From: Ascidiella aspersa
Lineage: Eukaryota
DNA: 64,000 nucleotides
Assembly (NCBI GenBank): GCA_963924565.1
Contig: OZ004607.1
Span: 35,836,001-35,900,000 of the forward strand
Direction: 5' to 3'
A model generated the notes under the pieces. The model saw only the letters and a program-made list of their open reading frames with translations. It was not told the origin of the DNA and ran no database searches. Shown one piece after another: positions 63,101-64,000 of this stretch. A program made the translations under genes and the position numbers. Every line of letters begins with the position of its first letter. The stretch's first letter is position 1.

Positions 63101-63490
63101 CACCATAGAAAAGTGAAAAATGTGCCCTATATCAATAAATGTTTTACTCTATACATGCCCACACAATCAAAAAAGGTATCTCCCACAGCTTTTTAAAAAT
63201 TATATTTCCCACAGTTTTTTAATCTATTAAAAATTTAATGTTCTAACAAACTTAAACTCCAACGCCTTGCAACAGTAGAGTCATTTAGGCACAGCTAATC
63301 AACTGATCCAAGTAGCAGAGGTGATATCGGCTTCGACTCCAAGTTCTCGTGCCGGTTTATCTTAAGAACTGTGCTTACCTGGCTCCCAGCAGCAAATCAT
63401 CTCCGACGAACTTTGCCTCTTGGATGTCGAGGACTTTTCGTTGTGTTTCTCCCGCCCCTAAGCCACTGAACGTAGCCACGTCCTTGAGAG
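40359..63490 (-). CDS. SEMA6: Semaphorin, class 6-like transmembrane (Sema + PSI + TM + ~625-aa cytoplasmic tail); spliced, 5'-incomplete; 14 exons in window
   Basis: 14 exons join in frame at GT-AG sites (3713 nt, about 1236 aa plus stop). Sema motifs: LLLGARN, CQNYIR..CGTNA..PVC, DGELF, FFRE, YSRVAQVCK.D.GG, WTSFFKARLNCSIPG, FYFNEIQ, NSISGSAVCAF, HPIM, GTDDGKLLK. A PSI domain, one TM helix, no Ig/TSP and a Cys pair just before PSI (NNSC...RHC) fit class 6; class 1 is the nearest alternative. Confidence 0.93.
42937..42994 (-). CDS. SEMA6: Semaphorin juxtamembrane small exon: SRRMDGCPTSVCTKDDPPT
   Basis: T9GGCAG acceptor, ACG|GTAAGA donor, 58 nt, phase 2 to 0; this is the phase needed to join the TM exon to the last exon. 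Confidence 0.85.
44090..44264 (-). CDS. SEMA6: Semaphorin exon: stalk and transmembrane helix (FALSLVVGLVSTFSFVLLVFLIFV-KCRERSK)
   Basis: TTTTCCTCGCAG acceptor, AA|GTAAGT donor, 175 nt, phase 1 to 2; 24-aa hydrophobic run followed by basic residues. Confidence 0.92.
44675..45075. mobile_element. Penelope-like family C: one inverted and two tandem pLTR copies with decayed hammerheads
   Basis: ATTCC-CTGATRA-A-(G/A)GC..GCC-GAAA(C/G)GT-GGAAT at ~44835 and ~44993; inverted copy at ~44675-44755. Confidence 0.68.
45170..45297 (-). CDS. SEMA6: Semaphorin exon: PSI domain (SCTNSGNPRCAWVNEACR...EQNV...CTL)
   Basis: TTTTCCAG acceptor, 128 nt, phase 2 to 1. AG|GTTGGA donor preferred because it keeps the last PSI Cys; an in-phase alternative donor (T|GTACAT) lies 9 nt earlier. 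Confidence 0.86.
45809..46106 (-). CDS. SEMA6: Semaphorin exon: end of Sema domain and start of PSI (TDDGKLLKV...CIVRLPKQACFLHQCQ)
   Basis: TTTTCCTTCAAG acceptor, AG|GTTCGG donor, 298 nt, phase 1 to 2. Confidence 0.92.
46375..46470 (+). mobile_element. Penelope-like family A decayed pLTR
   Basis: GAAACGTT...AATTACCAGAGGAGCTGTTTTTGATT. Confidence 0.6.
47069..47248 (-). CDS. SEMA6: Semaphorin exon: PTTSQLRFNENHPIMSQSV...VTVMYIG
   Basis: GTCAG acceptor, G|GTAAGT donor, 180 nt, phase 1 to 1; HPLM-like motif. Confidence 0.93.
47515..47880 (-). mobile_element. Second, older, circularly permuted copy of the tRNA-containing unit
   Basis: Homology blocks CTGTGATCTA, GCCATCGCAGACTC, tRNA remnant (~47666-47725), GAGCGAGTCGAGA and GCAACTTCACA; degenerate terminal redundancy. 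Confidence 0.75.
49703..49857 (-). CDS. SEMA6: Semaphorin exon: NSISGSAVCAFTLQSVQLAFAEGFLEQNKNSWCWKRTTRAGFPHPASCRTS
   Basis: TTTTGCGAGCAG acceptor, CCA|GTGAGT donor, 155 nt, phase 2 to 1. Confidence 0.94.
49960..50455. repeat. Intronic tandem repeat, ~170 bp x3
   Basis: Recurring CTTTAGTCGCAAG..ATCAACCAGTGGC..AAAAGTTAC blocks. Confidence 0.8.
50830..50946 (-). CDS. SEMA6: Semaphorin exon: LNCSIPGRRPFYFNEIQSITDAVVVDGVEMVFATFTTP
   Basis: TTGTGTCAG acceptor, GA|GTAAGT donor, 117 nt, phase 2 to 2. Confidence 0.96.
51054..51463 (+). mobile_element. hAT-type MITE, (AAGTC)n family
   Basis: CAGTGTGGTAA...TACAACACCG TIRs; 8-bp TSD TTATTTTC/TTGTTTTC (7 of 8 match). Confidence 0.82.
52501..52595 (-). 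CDS. SEMA6: Semaphorin exon: PIYSRVAQVCKDDSGGEANFLHQRWTSFFKAR
   Basis: TCTTCGCAG acceptor, AG|GTACGC donor, 95 nt, phase 0 to 2; strongest Sema signature. Confidence 0.96.
52700..53160. repeat. Family D: ~110-bp unit x~3.5 in tandem plus one inverted copy (PLE pLTR-like, hammerhead-like remnant)
   Basis: Near-identical tandem units; minus strand GAATAAC-GA-GTTATTC-GAAAC-GTT-CAAAA. Confidence 0.72.
54127..54320. repeat. ~108-bp tandem duplication within a GGTGTAC-rich transposon remnant
   Basis: TATTGTACACCCC..GTGTACCAGAATT occurs twice. Confidence 0.7.
54749..55014 (-). CDS. SEMA6: Semaphorin exon: DGELFVATRVDF...RWLVDPRFV...FFREEAVEAADLNDK
   Basis: TTTTTAAAG acceptor, AAG|GTGGGT donor, 266 nt, phase 1 to 0. 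Confidence 0.94.
55028..55450 (-). mobile_element. (AAGTC)n MITE adjacent to a semaphorin 3' splice site
   Basis: CAGTGTTATAATGAC terminus at 55028, GACTT arrays; right end decayed. Confidence 0.7.
55738..55846 (-). CDS. SEMA6: Semaphorin exon: WDGSHIDEKLCKSTRNVALNSRIPYDDISTLVYKLT
   Basis: TTCTCTTAG acceptor, CAG|GTGGGC donor, 109 nt, phase 0 to 1 as the neighbours require; RIPYDD corresponds to the usual RCPYDP. Confidence 0.85.
56873..57031 (-). CDS. SEMA6: Semaphorin exon: VVWW...CQNYIRIV...CGTNAGLPVCRECP
   Basis: CTTATTCAG acceptor, CCG|GTTAGT donor, 159 nt, phase 0 to 0; hallmark CxNYIR and CGTNA motifs. Confidence 0.95.
57530..57870. mobile_element. Two adjacent family B inverted-pLTR remnants; small fragment also at ~61250-61297
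   Basis: ATTAA-CTGAAGA-GGATAC..GAATCGTC-TTAAT at ~57592-57633; inverted TAGCTTGATAATG arms. Confidence 0.7.
58924..58990 (-). CDS. SEMA6: Semaphorin exon: NALYVISRRSLLTNNENIYRNQ
   Basis: TTTTTCCAG acceptor, CAG|GTAAAG donor, 67 nt, phase 2 to 0; completes GARNALY. Confidence 0.87.
59185..60133 (-). mobile_element. Expanded (AAGTC)n MITE with internal 33-bp x5 and 22-bp x3 tandem arrays
   Basis: AAAATGACTTGACTTGACTTAAGTCTATCCGCC repeats at ~59260-59430; GGGCTACTGAGGACTTGGACTT repeats at ~59996-60060; TTATAACACCG end. Confidence 0.72.
63379..63490 (-). CDS. SEMA6: Semaphorin exon (first in window): LKDVATFSGLGAGETQRKVLDIQEAKFVGDDLLLGAR
   Basis: TTTTCAG acceptor, AG|GTAAGC donor, 112 nt, phase 1 to 2; ends in the LxxGAR motif. 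Confidence 0.88.
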
Positions 63491-63507
63491 CTGAAAATAA
63501 AATAAAA

Positions 63508-63820
63508 AGTCAACCTTTGCTGTACCGAGACGCACAGGCTCAGATTTCGCAAGCACTAGCCCAAGAGTTCAGGAGGTATGGGGCAATCGCTTTGAGGGTA
63601 CAAACCTTACAATTTTGGCGAGGTCAGTTTACAACCGAAAACCTGATGTAATAGAAGCAAAAACAGATCTCTAATAAGTAGACCTTTTAGTGTCGCGTTT
63701 CTCTAGCGAGAGTCAACCTTCGCTGTAACCAAGACGCACATGACCAGGAGTCGCAAATATTCGGGGTTATGGGGCAATTGCTTTGCGAGTGCAAACCTTT
63801 AATTTTTGCAGAGGTCTGTT
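63508..63820. repeat. Intronic ~200-bp tandem duplication
   Basis: AGTCAACCTT.GCTGTA.C.AGACGCACA...TATGGGGCAAT.GCTTTG occurs twice. Confidence 0.75.
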
Positions 63821-64000
63821 GATCCAAACATTTTGTGTAACACCGAGTTTCTTCGGTGGAACTTTTTAAACAACGATATTATTGTTTCAATTCGGTGCAA
63901 AATCAAATCTCGTTTAACTATTTTTTAGCAATCGTGTTTTTCTAGCGTGGCCAACAGCTTTTGCATTAACGTAACGAAGTTATATATACAGGGCTGAAGA

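Overview
AT-rich eukaryotic (animal) genomic DNA with GT-AG spliceosomal introns and no evident CpG depletion. An invertebrate chordate such as an ascidian is plausible, but that is inference. The right ~24 kb holds most of one minus-strand gene, a transmembrane class-6-like semaphorin (Sema domain-PSI-TM-very long cytoplasmic tail, no Ig or TSP). I rebuilt 14 phase-consistent coding exons from 63490 to the stop at 40359 (about 1236 aa); the signal-peptide exon lies beyond the window. The left ~40 kb has no credible protein-coding gene except a possible first coding exon at 118-177 (-). It contains CpG-rich enhancer-like patches and many small mobile elements: hAT-type MITEs (some with 8-bp TSDs) and remnants of about four Penelope-like families with minimal hammerhead-ribozyme motifs in inverted or tandem arrangements. 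The most unusual signal is a ~350-bp tRNA-containing mobile unit found twice (3916-4322 and ~47515-47880). Each copy is ~1.1 monomers long, terminally redundant and circularly permuted relative to the other, and one has a 13-bp TSD. This is the footprint expected from reverse transcription of a circular or multimeric template (retrozyme-like), yet I found no canonical ribozyme in it. Nearly all ORFs in the supplied track outside the semaphorin exons look spurious.
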